Shown piece after piece: positions 1 through 10,145 of a DNA stretch of 63,147 nt (positions within the stretch are counted from its first letter, which is position 1; each line of letters begins with the position of its first letter). Origin of the DNA: Persicitalea sp. (GTDB lineage Bacteria > Bacteroidota > Bacteroidia > Cytophagales > Spirosomataceae); contig NZ_JBGSXF010000300.1 of the NCBI RefSeq assembly GCF_041751555.1, forward strand, positions 1 through 63,147. Reading direction: 5' to 3'. The notes beneath the pieces were generated by a model, which had not been told where the DNA came from, did no database searches, and worked only from the letters and a program-made list of their open reading frames with translations. The position numbers and the translations under genes are program-made.

Positions 1-2142
1 GGGATGGGACAAGCCCAACTCAGTCGCATCGCCACCCGGCAGATTTTGGCCGACTGGCAACAAAGCCAAATCCCCCTTTCCGACTGGCTGGCCGACATGG
101 AAGTTGGATTACAGGAGGCACTTTCGCACGAAGGCATCACGGACAACGAACGTGGTTTTTGCTCCTTATTTCTGCGCTACGCGGGGCAAGAAACCGCTTT
201 GGAAGTAGCTTACGAAGGCGAAAAGACAACCGAGAGTTTCCTGGAACAATACAAAGCCCTTTATGGCTATGTCCCGGACAATCGAGCTATCGAGCTGGAA
301 AGTATTCGGCTGCAAGTCCAGGAAAAAGTCGATTTTTCAATTTCCGAACCAGCGACCGCGGAACCAATTCCCGCTCAGTCTGACAGGACGATCAAAGTAC
401 CCTTCGACTCGGATAAAACGTACGCGGTCTATCGCTGGGCCGACTTGGCACCAGGGCAAATCGCTACTGGTCCATGCATCATCACCGCGCAAAGCTCGAC
501 AACCTTCGTGCCGCCCGATTGGGAATTTGCCATGCAGCCGAGTCTAGATCTGATTTTGACCCACAATAAAGAAAATGATCAGCTAATTGACGCGCCCCAA
601 CCTGAGGAGATCGAGTTGGAACTATTCACCAATCGCTTCTATGCCATCGCGGAGGAAATGGGGGCGCAATTGCAGCGCACTGCCTTCTCAGTTAACGTAA
701 AAGAACGCCTGGATTTTTCCTGTGCCTTGCTGGATGCCGATGCCGAGTTGCTGGTCAACGCGCCGCACATTCCGGTACATTTGGGTAGTTTGGGTTTGTG
801 CACTCGGCTGGTGAGGGACAAAATCGACATCAGGCCGGGCGATGTCGTCATTACCAATCACCCCAAATACGGCGGTTCACACTTGCCCGACGTGACTTTA
901 CTGGCCGGAGTCTTCACCGAGGATCGAACTTTGGTGGGTTACGTCATCAACCGGGCGCACCACGCCGAAATAGGCGGCAGTCGTCCCGGTTCTATGCCGC
1001 CGGACGCTAAATTCTTGTACGAGGAAGGCGTCGCCATTCTGCCGCAATATCTGATCAAAGCGGGCGAACCGCAATGGGAAACCATTCGACATCTTTTCAA
1101 TGATGGCCCCTACCCCACCCGGATGTGGTCCGAAAACGAGGCGGACATCGTGGCTGCGCTGTCTTCTTTGCGCAAGGGACAGGAAGATTTATTGAAACTT
1201 GTGGCGCGTTTTAGTTTGGAGAAGGTTCATTATTATATGAATAAACTCAAAATCAACGCCCAGGAGCAACTGCAAATCGCGCTGGAGCCTTATCTCGATA
1301 AAAAAATAAATGCCTCGGAGTTTCTGGATGATGGCTATCGGATTTCGGTGAGTGTGGAGGTAAAGTCGGAAGAGTTAATTTTTGATTTCGTGGGTACTTC
1401 TGATGTTCACCCGCATAATCTCAATGCCAATTTGAGTATCATCCACAGCGCAATTTTGTACGTATTGCGGTTGCTGGTCAACAAAGAAATTCCGCTCAAC
1501 GACGGATTGATGAAGCAGGTAAAGATTCTGCTTCCTGAAAACTCCCTGCTACATCCACAATTTGAGGATGATCCCCGACGATGTCCGGCCGTGGTGGGTG
1601 GCAACACCGAAGTGAGCCAACGGTTGGTAGATACCTTGTTGAAAGCTTTTGAATTGGCCGCTTGTAGCCAGGGAACGATGAACAACTTTCTTTTTGGAAA
1701 CGCTAATCTCGGCTATTACGAAACTATCGGCGGTGGCGTAGGTGCGGGCAACGGTTTTGCCGGACGCTCGGGCGTGCATCAGCACATGACCAATACCCGC
1801 ATCACCGACGCCGAAGAACTGGAACGCCGCTACCCCGTTCGGGTACGGCAGTTTGGCATTCGTCCTAATTCGGGCGGAAAGGGCAAATGGCGTGGCGGCG
1901 ACGGAATCGTGCGCGAAATCGAATTTCTGGATAATCTGGACATAACGCTGTTGACCCAACATCGTTACTTTGCTCCATACGGACTGGCGGGAGGCAATAG
2001 TGGACAAACCGCCGATGAGACCATTCTTCGGGCTAATGGTAAAATCGAAAAATTCCCAGGTACCTGTAGCGTAGCCGTCAGTAAAGGCGACCGCCTCCGC
2101 ATTGAGACGCCGGGTGGCGGCGGGTACGGGGAGGTTGTTTAA
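1..2142 (+). CDS. ATP-dependent 5-oxoprolinase / hydantoinase A-B fusion, 5'-truncated by the window edge
   Basis: Frame is open from base 1. Hydantoinase B/oxoprolinase motifs: IAEEMG..LQRTAFSVNVKERLDFSCA, NAPHIPVHLGS, GGSHLPD, RAHHAEIGG..PGSMP, SQGTMNN, YYETIGGG, HMTNTRITD, TPGGGGYG. The preceding part resembles a hydantoinase A C-terminus. Confidence 0.9.
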   Translation, partial: GMGQAQLSRIATRQILADWQQSQIPLSDWLADMEVGLQEALSHEGITDNERGFCSLFLRYAGQETALEVAYEGEKTTESFLEQYKALYGYVPDNRAIELESIRLQVQEKVDFSISEPATAEPIPAQSDRTIKVPFDSDKTYAVYRWADLAPGQIATGPCIITAQSSTTFVPPDWEFAMQPSLDLILTHNKENDQLIDAPQPEEIELELFTNRFYAIAEEMGAQLQRTAFSVNVKERLDFSCALLDADAELLVNAPHIPVHLGSLGLCTRLVRDKIDIRPGDVVITNHPKYGGSHLPDVTLLAGVFTEDRTLVGYVINRAHHAEIGGSRPGSMPPDAKFLYEEGVAILPQYLIKAGEPQWETIRHLFNDGPYPTRMWSENEADIVAALSSLRKGQEDLLKLVARFSLEKVHYYMNKLKINAQEQLQIALEPYLDKKINASEFLDDGYRISVSVEVKSEELIFDFVGTSDVHPHNLNANLSIIHSAILYVLRLLVNKEIPLNDGLMKQVKILLPENSLLHPQFEDDPRRCPAVVGGNTEVSQRLVDTLLKAFELAACSQGTMNNFLFGNANLGYYETIGGGVGAGNGFAGRSGVHQHMTNTRITDAEELERRYPVRVRQFGIRPNSGGKGKWRGGDGIVREIEFLDNLDITLLTQHRYFAPYGLAGGNSGQTADETILRANGKIEKFPGTCSVAVSKGDRLRIETPGGGGYGEVV

Positions 2143-2245
2143 TTTTGAATGAGTGATGGGGTCGCCCGTGCGATGCTAGAGTACTATTTTCCAAATTTCC
2201 CATATCCACTCAACTACTCATTCACACATTCTATCATTCAAAATT
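2141..2245. repeat. 12-bp perfect inverted repeat enclosing degenerate TCATTCA-like short repeats
   Basis: AATTTTGAATGA (2141-2152) pairs with TCATTCAAAATT (2234-2245). Intervening actca/ttcac/cattc units. Confidence 0.55.
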
Positions 2246-2254
2246 GATTGAAAA

Positions 2255-3958
2255 ATGCCCCAGAGCACAGCCAAAAACCTCAATAAACGCCTGGATGTCG
2301 ATTTTGCGATAAAAGCCGCTCAACTGGGCGTCTGGGAACTAGATCCGGCCACGAATCTAGTCATCTGGGACGATCGGTGTCGGGAGCTCTTCGGGGTGAT
2401 CGAGCGCAATACTTTGCCCTACGAGGAAGCCCTCAACTACATCCATCCCGAAGATGCGAGTCGGGTGGACAAAGCCGTGAAAACAGCCATGAAAGCCGAA
2501 TCGGGCGGTTCGTACGATGAAACCTACCGTACTACCGGGGTAGAAGACGGGAAACTCCGCTGGGCGCGTTTCATTGGCCAAAGCTATTTCGACGAATCGG
2601 GCAAAGCTTACCGATTTGCGGGTATCGCGCAGGAACTGACGCTGGAAATGGAAGCGCGGCAAAGGGAACAGGCTCTGACCGAAGGCCGGGAGCGTGAGCG
2701 GCAACAGAAAGAAAAACTTCTGGCCGCCGTGGTGGCGAGCGAAAATCGTTTTCAGCATCTGATTCGGCAGGCCCCCGTCGCCATTGCTTTGTTCGACGGC
2801 CCCGAGTTCGTCATCGAACTGGCCAACGAGCGGGTCCTGGAATTCTGGGGGCGCACCCGCGAACAGGTGATGCATAAGCCGCTGTTCGAGGCGCTGCCCG
2901 AAGCCAGCGGCCAGGGTTTCGAGGAGTTGCTGACCGAAGTGTTCAACACCGGCAACCCGTTCTACTCCCCGGAAATGCCCGTTCAACTTTTCCGAAACGG
3001 GCAAATGGAACAAACGTACATTGATTTTGTCTATGAACCTTACTATGACGCCGAAGAAAAAATTACTGGCATCATGGTCGTGGCCAACGAGATTACGCAA
3101 CAGGTGATGTCTCGCCAACACATCGAAGCCAGCGAGTCGAGATACCGCCAGCTTTCGGAAGATTTGGACGAGCGCGTCCAGCAGCGTACTCAGGAACTCG
3201 ATGAGATGAACCGCGACTTGATCCGCTCCAACCAAAATTTGGAGAAATTCGCCTACATCGCCAGCCACGATTTGCAGGAACCTCTGCGCAAGATTCAGGC
3301 TTTCGGCGACCTGCTCAAATCGCAGCATGCCGACAACCTGGGCAAGGGGCTGGATTATTTGCAGCGGATGCAGTCATCAGCCAGCCGGATGTCAATTTTG
3401 ATTACCGATCTGCTGACCTATTCCCGAATTTCGACCCGCCAGCAGGCCGCCAGTACCGTTCCACTTTCCCTCACGCTGAGCCAGGTTCTGGAAAACTTAT
3501 CCCTGACCGTGGCCGAAACAAAGGCTCAAGTGACGCTAAGCGAACTCCCTGTGATACAGGGAGATCCTACTCAGTTGGGCCAGCTTTTCCAAAACCTGCT
3601 GTCTAACGCGTTGAAATTTAGGCAAAAAACTGAGGAAGGAAAATTACTGAACCCGGTCGTGACGATTCGTTCCGAAGAGGTGTTGGCCCGCGACCTGCCA
3701 TCCGGCACCAAGCCATCGCGACAAGCCCATCAATATCATCGAATCGATGTGACGGACGAAGGCATCGGTTTCGATGATAAATACACCGACCGCATTTTTC
3801 AGGTCTTCCAGCGTCTGCACGGCAAGAGCGATTACCCCGGCACGGGCGTCGGCCTGGCCATCTGCGAGAAAGTGGCCCTCAATCACGGTGGAGCCATTTC
3901 AGTCGTCAGCCAACCAGGCCAGGGGTCGACTTTCAGTGTGTTTTTGCCGAAAACATAG
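2255..3958 (+). CDS. Cytoplasmic PAS-domain sensor histidine kinase
   Basis: PAS-like segments (GVWELD..IHPED; APVAIA..ANER), HisKA box FAYIASHDLQEPLRKI, HATPase boxes QLFQNLLSNALKF, DEGIGF, GTGVGLAIC. No obvious TM helix. Confidence 0.92.
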   Translation: MPQSTAKNLNKRLDVDFAIKAAQLGVWELDPATNLVIWDDRCRELFGVIERNTLPYEEALNYIHPEDASRVDKAVKTAMKAESGGSYDETYRTTGVEDGKLRWARFIGQSYFDESGKAYRFAGIAQELTLEMEARQREQALTEGRERERQQKEKLLAAVVASENRFQHLIRQAPVAIALFDGPEFVIELANERVLEFWGRTREQVMHKPLFEALPEASGQGFEELLTEVFNTGNPFYSPEMPVQLFRNGQMEQTYIDFVYEPYYDAEEKITGIMVVANEITQQVMSRQHIEASESRYRQLSEDLDERVQQRTQELDEMNRDLIRSNQNLEKFAYIASHDLQEPLRKIQAFGDLLKSQHADNLGKGLDYLQRMQSSASRMSILITDLLTYSRISTRQQAASTVPLSLTLSQVLENLSLTVAETKAQVTLSELPVIQGDPTQLGQLFQNLLSNALKFRQKTEEGKLLNPVVTIRSEEVLARDLPSGTKPSRQAHQYHRIDVTDEGIGFDDKYTDRIFQVFQRLHGKSDYPGTGVGLAICEKVALNHGGAISVVSQPGQGSTFSVFLPKT

Positions 3959-3966
3959 TTGACTGT

Positions 3967-4018
3967 CGGTCAACGGTCAACGGTCAACGGTCAACGGTCA
4001 ACGGTCAACGGTCAACGG
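3967..4018. repeat. Heptamer tandem repeat (CGGTCAA)x7 plus CGG
   Basis: Read directly. Preceded by GTTGAC (3958-3963), which is complementary to GTCAAC within the repeat. Confidence 0.95.
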
Positions 4019-4094
4019 GAAGTCATTCGTCAAATGTAAAGTTCACAAATCAACTTTTATTAAACGATTACGTTAATCGACAAATCAACACTTT

Positions 4095-5267
4095 TTGAAA
4101 TCTCTCTCCCTTAGTAAAGGCTTTTCCCGGATGTTGTTCTGGTCGGTCATTTCGGCGGCCTTCATTGGTCCCGGCACCGTCACGACCTGCTCACTGGCGG
4201 GGGTCAGTTTTGGTACCTCCCTGCTTTGGGCGTTGACTTTTTCTACGCTTGCCACCATTGTTTTGCAGGAAACCGCAGCACGGGTCACGCTGGCATCGGG
4301 GAAGAGTCTGGGAGAAATTATGTTGCAGCGCCACGGAACTGGTGGCATGTGGATCAGCCGAATGCTTGCGGGAGGTGTCGTTCTGGGCTGCGCGGCTTAC
4401 GAAGCGGGAAACTTGCTGGGTGCGGTGGCGGGGTTAAGGTTATTGGCCGATGTACCCAATTGGCTGCTGAGTCTCTGCATCGGGATGGGAGCGTACCTCT
4501 TGCTGGCTATTCGTAGCATTTCGTTGCTTACCCGACTTCTGGGTTTACTTGTCTTCGTTTTGGGTTTTGCCTTTATCCTGGTGAGCATCCAGGCTTTTCA
4601 AAACCCCGTTCAAATTTTGAATAACAGTGTAATCCCCAACTTTCCCGTTAACTCCGCACTGATTATTACCGGATTGGTCGGCACGACCATTGTTCCCTAT
4701 AATTTATTTCTCGGTTCAGGCATTGGTCAAGGCCAGAGCATTTACGAAATGCGGCAGGGAATTATTTTAGCCGTTATGATCGGGGGTTTGATCTCAATGT
4801 CGATTCTGCTGGCCGGAACGCTCATCGAAGGTGAATTTTCTTTTCAAAATGCCGCGCTCGTTTTGGGGCAAAGACTGGGGAAGTCCGGAGAGGTTTTGTA
4901 TGCTATCGGACTATTTGGGGCGGGTTTCACCTCTGTGGTAACGGCTGCCTTCGCGGCTTCGATTGCGGCCAAATCTTTGCTTGCCATTGATGAGAAGCAA
5001 ACGGCTTACGTTTGGAAGAGTGTTCTGGGAATCGGAATTATTTTTGGAATTGCTCAATTCAAACCGATTCCTGTCATCCTGGCTGCGCAAATTGCCAATG
5101 GTCTGCTTTTGCCGTTCGTGACCTGGCAATTGTTCAGGTGCGTTAACGACAAAGGGCTGCTGCCGGAGAGGTATGTCAACTCCTTGGCTCAGAACGTTTT
5201 TTTGCTGCTGATATTTCTGGTGACGCTGGTTTTGGGAGGGAATAGTATTTGGAAGGCCGTGTTTTAA
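4095..5267 (+). CDS. NRAMP-family (YcsG-like) membrane permease
   Basis: About 11 hydrophobic segments. AAFIGPGTVTT, LQETAARVT and GTTIVPYNL motifs. TTG start at 4095, alternative ATG at 4131. Confidence 0.8.
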   Translation: MKSLSLSKGFSRMLFWSVISAAFIGPGTVTTCSLAGVSFGTSLLWALTFSTLATIVLQETAARVTLASGKSLGEIMLQRHGTGGMWISRMLAGGVVLGCAAYEAGNLLGAVAGLRLLADVPNWLLSLCIGMGAYLLLAIRSISLLTRLLGLLVFVLGFAFILVSIQAFQNPVQILNNSVIPNFPVNSALIITGLVGTTIVPYNLFLGSGIGQGQSIYEMRQGIILAVMIGGLISMSILLAGTLIEGEFSFQNAALVLGQRLGKSGEVLYAIGLFGAGFTSVVTAAFAASIAAKSLLAIDEKQTAYVWKSVLGIGIIFGIAQFKPIPVILAAQIANGLLLPFVTWQLFRCVNDKGLLPERYVNSLAQNVFLLLIFLVTLVLGGNSIWKAVF

Positions 5268-5334
5268 TGAGGTACGGGCGTCCCGCCCGTTTTGAAAATT
5301 ATTTTCATCAACGGGCGGGACGTCCGTACCTCAT
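5267..5334. repeat. REP-like inverted doublet between convergent genes (probably also a bidirectional terminator)
   Basis: 25-bp arms 5267-5291 and 5310-5334 with one mismatch. Each arm is itself palindromic (ACGGGCG-tcc-CGCCCGT). Confidence 0.75.
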
Positions 5335-7379
5335 CACCAGCGCCAGCCCGCCTTCACGCCAACCCATTGCGTCCGCTTGGGGGCGGCGTTGTAGTAGCGA
5401 GTCCCAAAAGCATTCAAATCGTAGCCCAGGCTGTAAATCTCCGCCGAAACAAAGTCAGCCGAGGCCGACAGTTCGGAATAAAAATGATTACCCCAATTCT
5501 TTTTCCACGTCAGACGCAGGAGCAATTGATCGTAGGCAGGTGCTTCCACTGTATTAGCATCGTTCAGAAAAACCTTACCCGCGTGCTGGTACGTTGCATA
5601 AGCCGCAACACCGCCTTTCAAGAAAATGTCGAGTCCCGTATTTTGGGTAAAACTTGGGATGCCTGGCAATCTGTTGCCACCCAGATCATTCGTTCCTTGT
5701 CGATAGTCATTGAAATGATAGTTCGTAGCCGTTCCAGCATTCCATATTTTAATATCCCGCAGTAATCCGGCTCCTCGCAGCAGGTCGTAGTCCACTCTCC
5801 ACTCGATACCTTTCTGGTCGGTTTGTCCAGCGTTGATAAAAAATTCCGCCCCCTGCTCGTCTGACCGGCGAACAATAGTTTCTTTAAGAGAGAATTGGTA
5901 GGCTGTCACATCCAGCCGCAGCCTGTCCCCTACTCGGCGAAGAGAAACCTCCCGGTTGAGCCCGAGCTCAGGTTGCAAATCAGTGCGAAAGCCGCCCGCC
6001 GAGGGGCGCACTTCCTGCAAAGTGGGCGGTGAGTATCCAGAACTTAGTGATGCTGTCAGCGACCAGTTTCGACCAAAAATCTGGTTAGCCGCGATTCGGG
6101 GGCTTACCACATTGTCGAATTTGCGCTGCTCTCTGGAAAAGGGCGTTGGAAAAAACCGCTCATAGCCGTAGCGGTTCGCATTCACACTCGCTCCGGCGTT
6201 CAGGGTAAGCGATTGCAAAAGTTTGACTTCGGCTTGGGTGAAGACCGTCAACGCAGTGCTGCGGACATCTTCTGAGGTTTGAAAACCGCTCGGCGTTCCT
6301 TTGTCATTATTATAGTTCCGCTGCGCCGACTTACCGTACTGCCACTCGAAACCACTCGTCCATTGGAAGTTGGTGTTAGCGAAATTTTTGGAAAAAGTCC
6401 AGACATTCCTTCCCCCAAACCCCAATTCACTGCGCTTTTCATAATTGGTGATGAATGGGTTAGCAAAGTCATTTGTCGTCACATACAGCGAGAGTGATTG
6501 ATCCCAATGCGCCGACAGGTTTAGTTTGTGTTGGACACCGAAGAGGGAGTATTTCGTATAAATACCCGCATTCTGCGTTTCGCTACCCGGCAGCGTCGGC
6601 GTGGGTTGCCGAGCCAAAGTCGGGTCGCGTTGGTATTGGGCGAGGTTAATGCCGCCCGGTGTTTGGTATTGAAGGTCGGAGTATATACCTAACAGCGATA
6701 GCGTGGCTTTGTCGCTTAACCTGGAAGTTGAATTGAATTGAAAAACATCGCGTACCATCGCACTGTGCTGGCGGTAGCCGTCCTGTTGCTGGTGTCCGTA
6801 GCGAACCGATACATCGCCAATAATGACTTCCGTGTTACGACTTTGAAAACCGTAGCTGCCGAAACCAACCGCCTGCTCTACTTTATTCTCGGCATTCCGG
6901 GCAGCCGTAGATAGCAGAACTACGCCACCCGTTCCCGCGCCATACACGCTGCTGCCGGGACCTTTAATGATTTCCATGCGTCCCACTGAGGCGTAATCCA
7001 GCGAATTGAGCGGTGTGTTACCGTTCGCATCAGTCAGCGGAATCCCGTTCCAGTAGAATTTGACATTCCTGACCCCAAACGGTGATCGCAGCAAACTACC
7101 CCGTACCGAAAAGCGGTAACTACCCGGTGATCGCTCTTCCATCCTGACACCCGGTACGGAGTTGACAGCGTTAGTAAAAGTTGTGGTAGAGTAACGTTCC
7201 AACGTCCTCGGACTAATGACTCCTACCGAGGCGGTCGTTTCCAACACATTCCGCCGCGACTCGAAGGCGTTGACCGTAATTTCTTCGAGTTGGTTGGTGC
7301 GAAGGGTGTCTTGCGCCCTTGTCGTTAAGGAGGGAAGGATGATGCAGGCTAAGAGAAAAGTGTATTGAGTGGTTTTCAA
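5334..7379 (-). CDS. TonB-dependent receptor
   Basis: Signal peptide then QDTL..LEEITV, plug motifs (VPGV, SVRGS, YWNGIPL, MEIIKGPGSSVYGAGTGGVV), LQPE motif, C-terminal aromatic GWRW. Start placed at TTG 7379; the ORF track opens at 7409. Confidence 0.9.
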   Translation of the reverse strand: MKTTQYTFLLACIILPSLTTRAQDTLRTNQLEEITVNAFESRRNVLETTASVGVISPRTLERYSTTTFTNAVNSVPGVRMEERSPGSYRFSVRGSLLRSPFGVRNVKFYWNGIPLTDANGNTPLNSLDYASVGRMEIIKGPGSSVYGAGTGGVVLLSTAARNAENKVEQAVGFGSYGFQSRNTEVIIGDVSVRYGHQQQDGYRQHSAMVRDVFQFNSTSRLSDKATLSLLGIYSDLQYQTPGGINLAQYQRDPTLARQPTPTLPGSETQNAGIYTKYSLFGVQHKLNLSAHWDQSLSLYVTTNDFANPFITNYEKRSELGFGGRNVWTFSKNFANTNFQWTSGFEWQYGKSAQRNYNNDKGTPSGFQTSEDVRSTALTVFTQAEVKLLQSLTLNAGASVNANRYGYERFFPTPFSREQRKFDNVVSPRIAANQIFGRNWSLTASLSSGYSPPTLQEVRPSAGGFRTDLQPELGLNREVSLRRVGDRLRLDVTAYQFSLKETIVRRSDEQGAEFFINAGQTDQKGIEWRVDYDLLRGAGLLRDIKIWNAGTATNYHFNDYRQGTNDLGGNRLPGIPSFTQNTGLDIFLKGGVAAYATYQHAGKVFLNDANTVEAPAYDQLLLRLTWKKNWGNHFYSELSASADFVSAEIYSLGYDLNAFGTRYYNAAPKRTQWVGVKAGWRW

Positions 7380-7483
7380 GGTTGGTTCCAATGTTTCAGT
7401 TATAGTCAAATCCTTACAAGAGCTTTAATAATTTGAAGAACTGAGTTTTCACCAAACGTTCTAGAAATTAAATATTTAATGAA

Positions 7484-7515
7484 AAGAGACCCCGAAATAT
7501 TGATCGAGGTCTCTT
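7484..7515 (-). terminator. Probable intrinsic terminator downstream of aconitase
   Basis: AAGAGACC...GGTCTCTT stem with A/T-rich flanks. Confidence 0.5.
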
Positions 7516-7563
7516 AATATTGTGAATTTTAAAAAAATTAGCTATTGACGCCCACAAATTGCT

Positions 7564-9831
7564 TTACGCCCCCACAGTTGCCCGAATGATGTTTAAGGCC
7601 GAACCTGCTTTAAACCACTCGATTTGCTGTTGGTTGTAAGTGTGGTTTACCGGGAATTCTTCAGACGTGCCGTCGGCGTGGTGAAGTTTGATTGTGAGTT
7701 GCTTGCCTGGGGTAAACTCAGTCAGACCCAGGATATCGATCGTATCGTCTTCCAGCACTTTGTCGTAGTCGGCCGTGTTGGCGAAAGTCAGGCCGAGCAT
7801 TCCCTGCTTTTTCAAGTTCGTTTCATGGATACGGGCAAATGACTTCACGATAATCGCCCGGACACCCAGGAATCGTGGTTCCATAGCGGCATGTTCACGC
7901 GACGACCCTTCTCCGTAGTTTTCGTCGCCTACGACCACCGTGCCAATGCCCTGGGCCTTATATATCCGTTGTGTGGCGGGTACTTCTCCGTATTCGCCCG
8001 TCAATTGATTCTTAACCGTGTTCGATTTGTCGTTGAAGTAGTTGATCGCGCCGATGAGCATATTGTTGGAAATATTGTCCAAATGCCCGCGGTACTTCAA
8101 CCAGGGTCCTGCCATCGAAATGTGGTCGGTCGTACATTTTCCTTTGGCTTTGATCAATAACTTTAAGCCTGTGAGGTCGGCGCCTTGCCAGGCTTTGAAA
8201 GGTTCCAGTATTTGCAGACGATCCGATTCAGGATCGACTTTCACCTGTACCTGACTGCCATCTTCGGCGGGTGATTGGTAGCCGGCATCCTCCACATCGA
8301 AGCCCTGGATAGGTAGTTCGATGCCGCGCGGTTCGTCCAACATCACCTCCTGGCCGTCTTCATTCATTAACTTGTCCGTCATCGGGTTGAACTTCAGATC
8401 GCCAGCAATGGCGAAGGCCGTTACGATTTCGGGTGAAGCCACGAAAGCATGGGTGCTGATGTTACCGTCATTGCGCTTAGCAAAATTCCGGTTGAAAGAA
8501 GTGATAATCGAGTTTTTGCGCGAAGGGTCGTCCATGTGCCGTGCCCACTGCCCAATGCACGGTCCGCAAGCATTAGCCAGTACCACGCCGCCGATTTTCT
8601 CGAAAGTATCCAGGATGCCATCGCGCTCTGCGGTGAAGCGCACCATTTCAGAACCGGGTGTGATCGTAAATTCGGCTTTTGCCTTGATGTTTTTTCTGGA
8701 TGCTTGACCAGCAACCGAGGCGGCACGGGTCATGTCCTCGTAGGAAGAGTTAGTGCAGGAACCAATCAAGCCAACTTCCAGCCGCTCGGGCCACTCGTTT
8801 TCAACGACGGCCTTCGCAAATTTCGATAGCGGCCACGCCAAATCGGGCGTAAAGGGTCCATTAATGTGTGGTTCCAACGTCGAAAGGTCGAGTTCGATGA
8901 CCTGATCGTAATATTCTTCAGGATTTTCGTATACCTCCTCGTCGGCCCGCAAGTGTTCGCGCACCTCGTCGGCAGCTTCAGCAATATCGGCCCGCTCCGT
9001 GGAGCGCAGGTACTCGGCCATTTTTTCGTCGTAGGTAAACAGCGATGTAGTTGCACCGATTTCGGCCCCCATGTTGCAGATCGTGCCTTTACCCGTGCAG
9101 GACAAACTTTCAGCACCGGGGCCAAAGTACTCGACCACGTATCCTGTTCCGCCTTTCACAGTGAGCTGTCCCGCTACCCATAGAATCACGTCCTTGGCCG
9201 ATGTCCAGCCCGAGAGTTTTCCAGTCAGTTTAATACCGATCAGGCGCGGCATTTTCAGTTCCCAAGCCAAGCCCGACATCACATCACTGGCGTCGGCACC
9301 GCCCACACCAATGGCGATCATACCCAAACCACCTGCGTTAGGTGTGTGCGAATCGGTCCCGATCATCATCCCACCGGGAAAGGCGTAGTTTTCCAAGACT
9401 ACCTGGTGAATGATGCCCGCACCGGGCTTCCAAAACCCCAGGCCGTATTTATCAGACACAGACGAGAGGAAGTCATAAACTTCTTTGTTCCGGCTTTTTG
9501 CAACTTCCAGATCCTTATCGGCCCCCACTTCCGCCTGAATCAGGTGGTCGCAATGGACGGTCGAAGGCACAGCTACCTGCGGGCGCCCCGCCTGCATAAA
9601 CTGCAATAGTGCCATCTGGGCGGTGGCGTCCTGCATGGCAACGCGATCAGGGGCAAAGTCCACGTAGGCTTTGCCGCGCTCATAAATCTGCGTGGCGGTG
9701 CCTTCCCAGAGGTGGGAGTATAATATTTTTTCGGCTTGAGTAAGGGGACGACCTACAACTTTGCGGGCGGCGGCGATGCGTTGCTCCATGCGGGCATATA
9801 CGCCCTTAATCATGTCTAAGTCAAATGCCAT
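7564..9831 (-). CDS. Aconitate hydratase (mitochondrial-type, usual in Bacteroidota)
   Basis: [60 protein letters not shown] at 9831 (MAFDLD) preferred over 9945. Confidence 0.96.
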   Translation of the reverse strand: MAFDLDMIKGVYARMEQRIAAARKVVGRPLTQAEKILYSHLWEGTATQIYERGKAYVDFAPDRVAMQDATAQMALLQFMQAGRPQVAVPSTVHCDHLIQAEVGADKDLEVAKSRNKEVYDFLSSVSDKYGLGFWKPGAGIIHQVVLENYAFPGGMMIGTDSHTPNAGGLGMIAIGVGGADASDVMSGLAWELKMPRLIGIKLTGKLSGWTSAKDVILWVAGQLTVKGGTGYVVEYFGPGAESLSCTGKGTICNMGAEIGATTSLFTYDEKMAEYLRSTERADIAEAADEVREHLRADEEVYENPEEYYDQVIELDLSTLEPHINGPFTPDLAWPLSKFAKAVVENEWPERLEVGLIGSCTNSSYEDMTRAASVAGQASRKNIKAKAEFTITPGSEMVRFTAERDGILDTFEKIGGVVLANACGPCIGQWARHMDDPSRKNSIITSFNRNFAKRNDGNISTHAFVASPEIVTAFAIAGDLKFNPMTDKLMNEDGQEVMLDEPRGIELPIQGFDVEDAGYQSPAEDGSQVQVKVDPESDRLQILEPFKAWQGADLTGLKLLIKAKGKCTTDHISMAGPWLKYRGHLDNISNNMLIGAINYFNDKSNTVKNQLTGEYGEVPATQRIYKAQGIGTVVVGDENYGEGSSREHAAMEPRFLGVRAIIVKSFARIHETNLKKQGMLGLTFANTADYDKVLEDDTIDILGLTEFTPGKQLTIKLHHADGTSEEFPVNHTYNQQQIEWFKAGSALNIIRATVGA

Positions 9832-10093
9832 AAGGTTGGTTTTGCTGCTTTTTAATGGATAGTTTTCTTGAAAGCTTAAAAGTACGGATTTTTGGCGATT
9901 TTGTGGCAATGATTGCTTTCTAAAAACCAAATTTAAAAGCCCCATAAATACTCATAACGACGATTTATGAAGCTTGAAATGAACCTTTCACCCAGGATTC
10001 TTGCTAAATAAGAGTCCAAAATGAGGGTTCAAATGGTGGCAGTTTATCCCCAATCAATTTCTTGCCAGGTTTAAGTTTTGCGAGAAACTCCTC

Positions 10094-10101
10094 TATATTT
10101 G
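10094..10101 (+). promoter_or_regulatory. Bacteroidota primary-sigma -7 box upstream of topA
   Basis: TATATTTG matches TAnnTTTG, 44 nt before the ATG. Confidence 0.55.
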
Positions 10102-10145
10102 ACACTTATTCAACACCATATAACTAAATACCAACCTACCCTGCT

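Noticed and set aside
2357-3328. 323-aa antisense ORF
   Set aside because: Lies wholly opposite the histidine kinase and has no recognisable motifs; a codon-bias shadow.
3967-4018. Repeat array as CRISPR
   Set aside because: 7-bp unit, no spacers and no cas genes.
4019-4094. Mn-sensing (yybP-ykoY) riboswitch upstream of the NRAMP-like gene
   Set aside because: Consensus elements are not visible and the permease lacks metal-binding motifs.
9832-9945. N-terminal extensions given by the ORF track (also at 29291, 31226, 39850, 43370, 50065, 54240, 56841)
   Set aside because: They run through promoter or terminator DNA. Downstream ATGs match family N-termini or signal peptides better.
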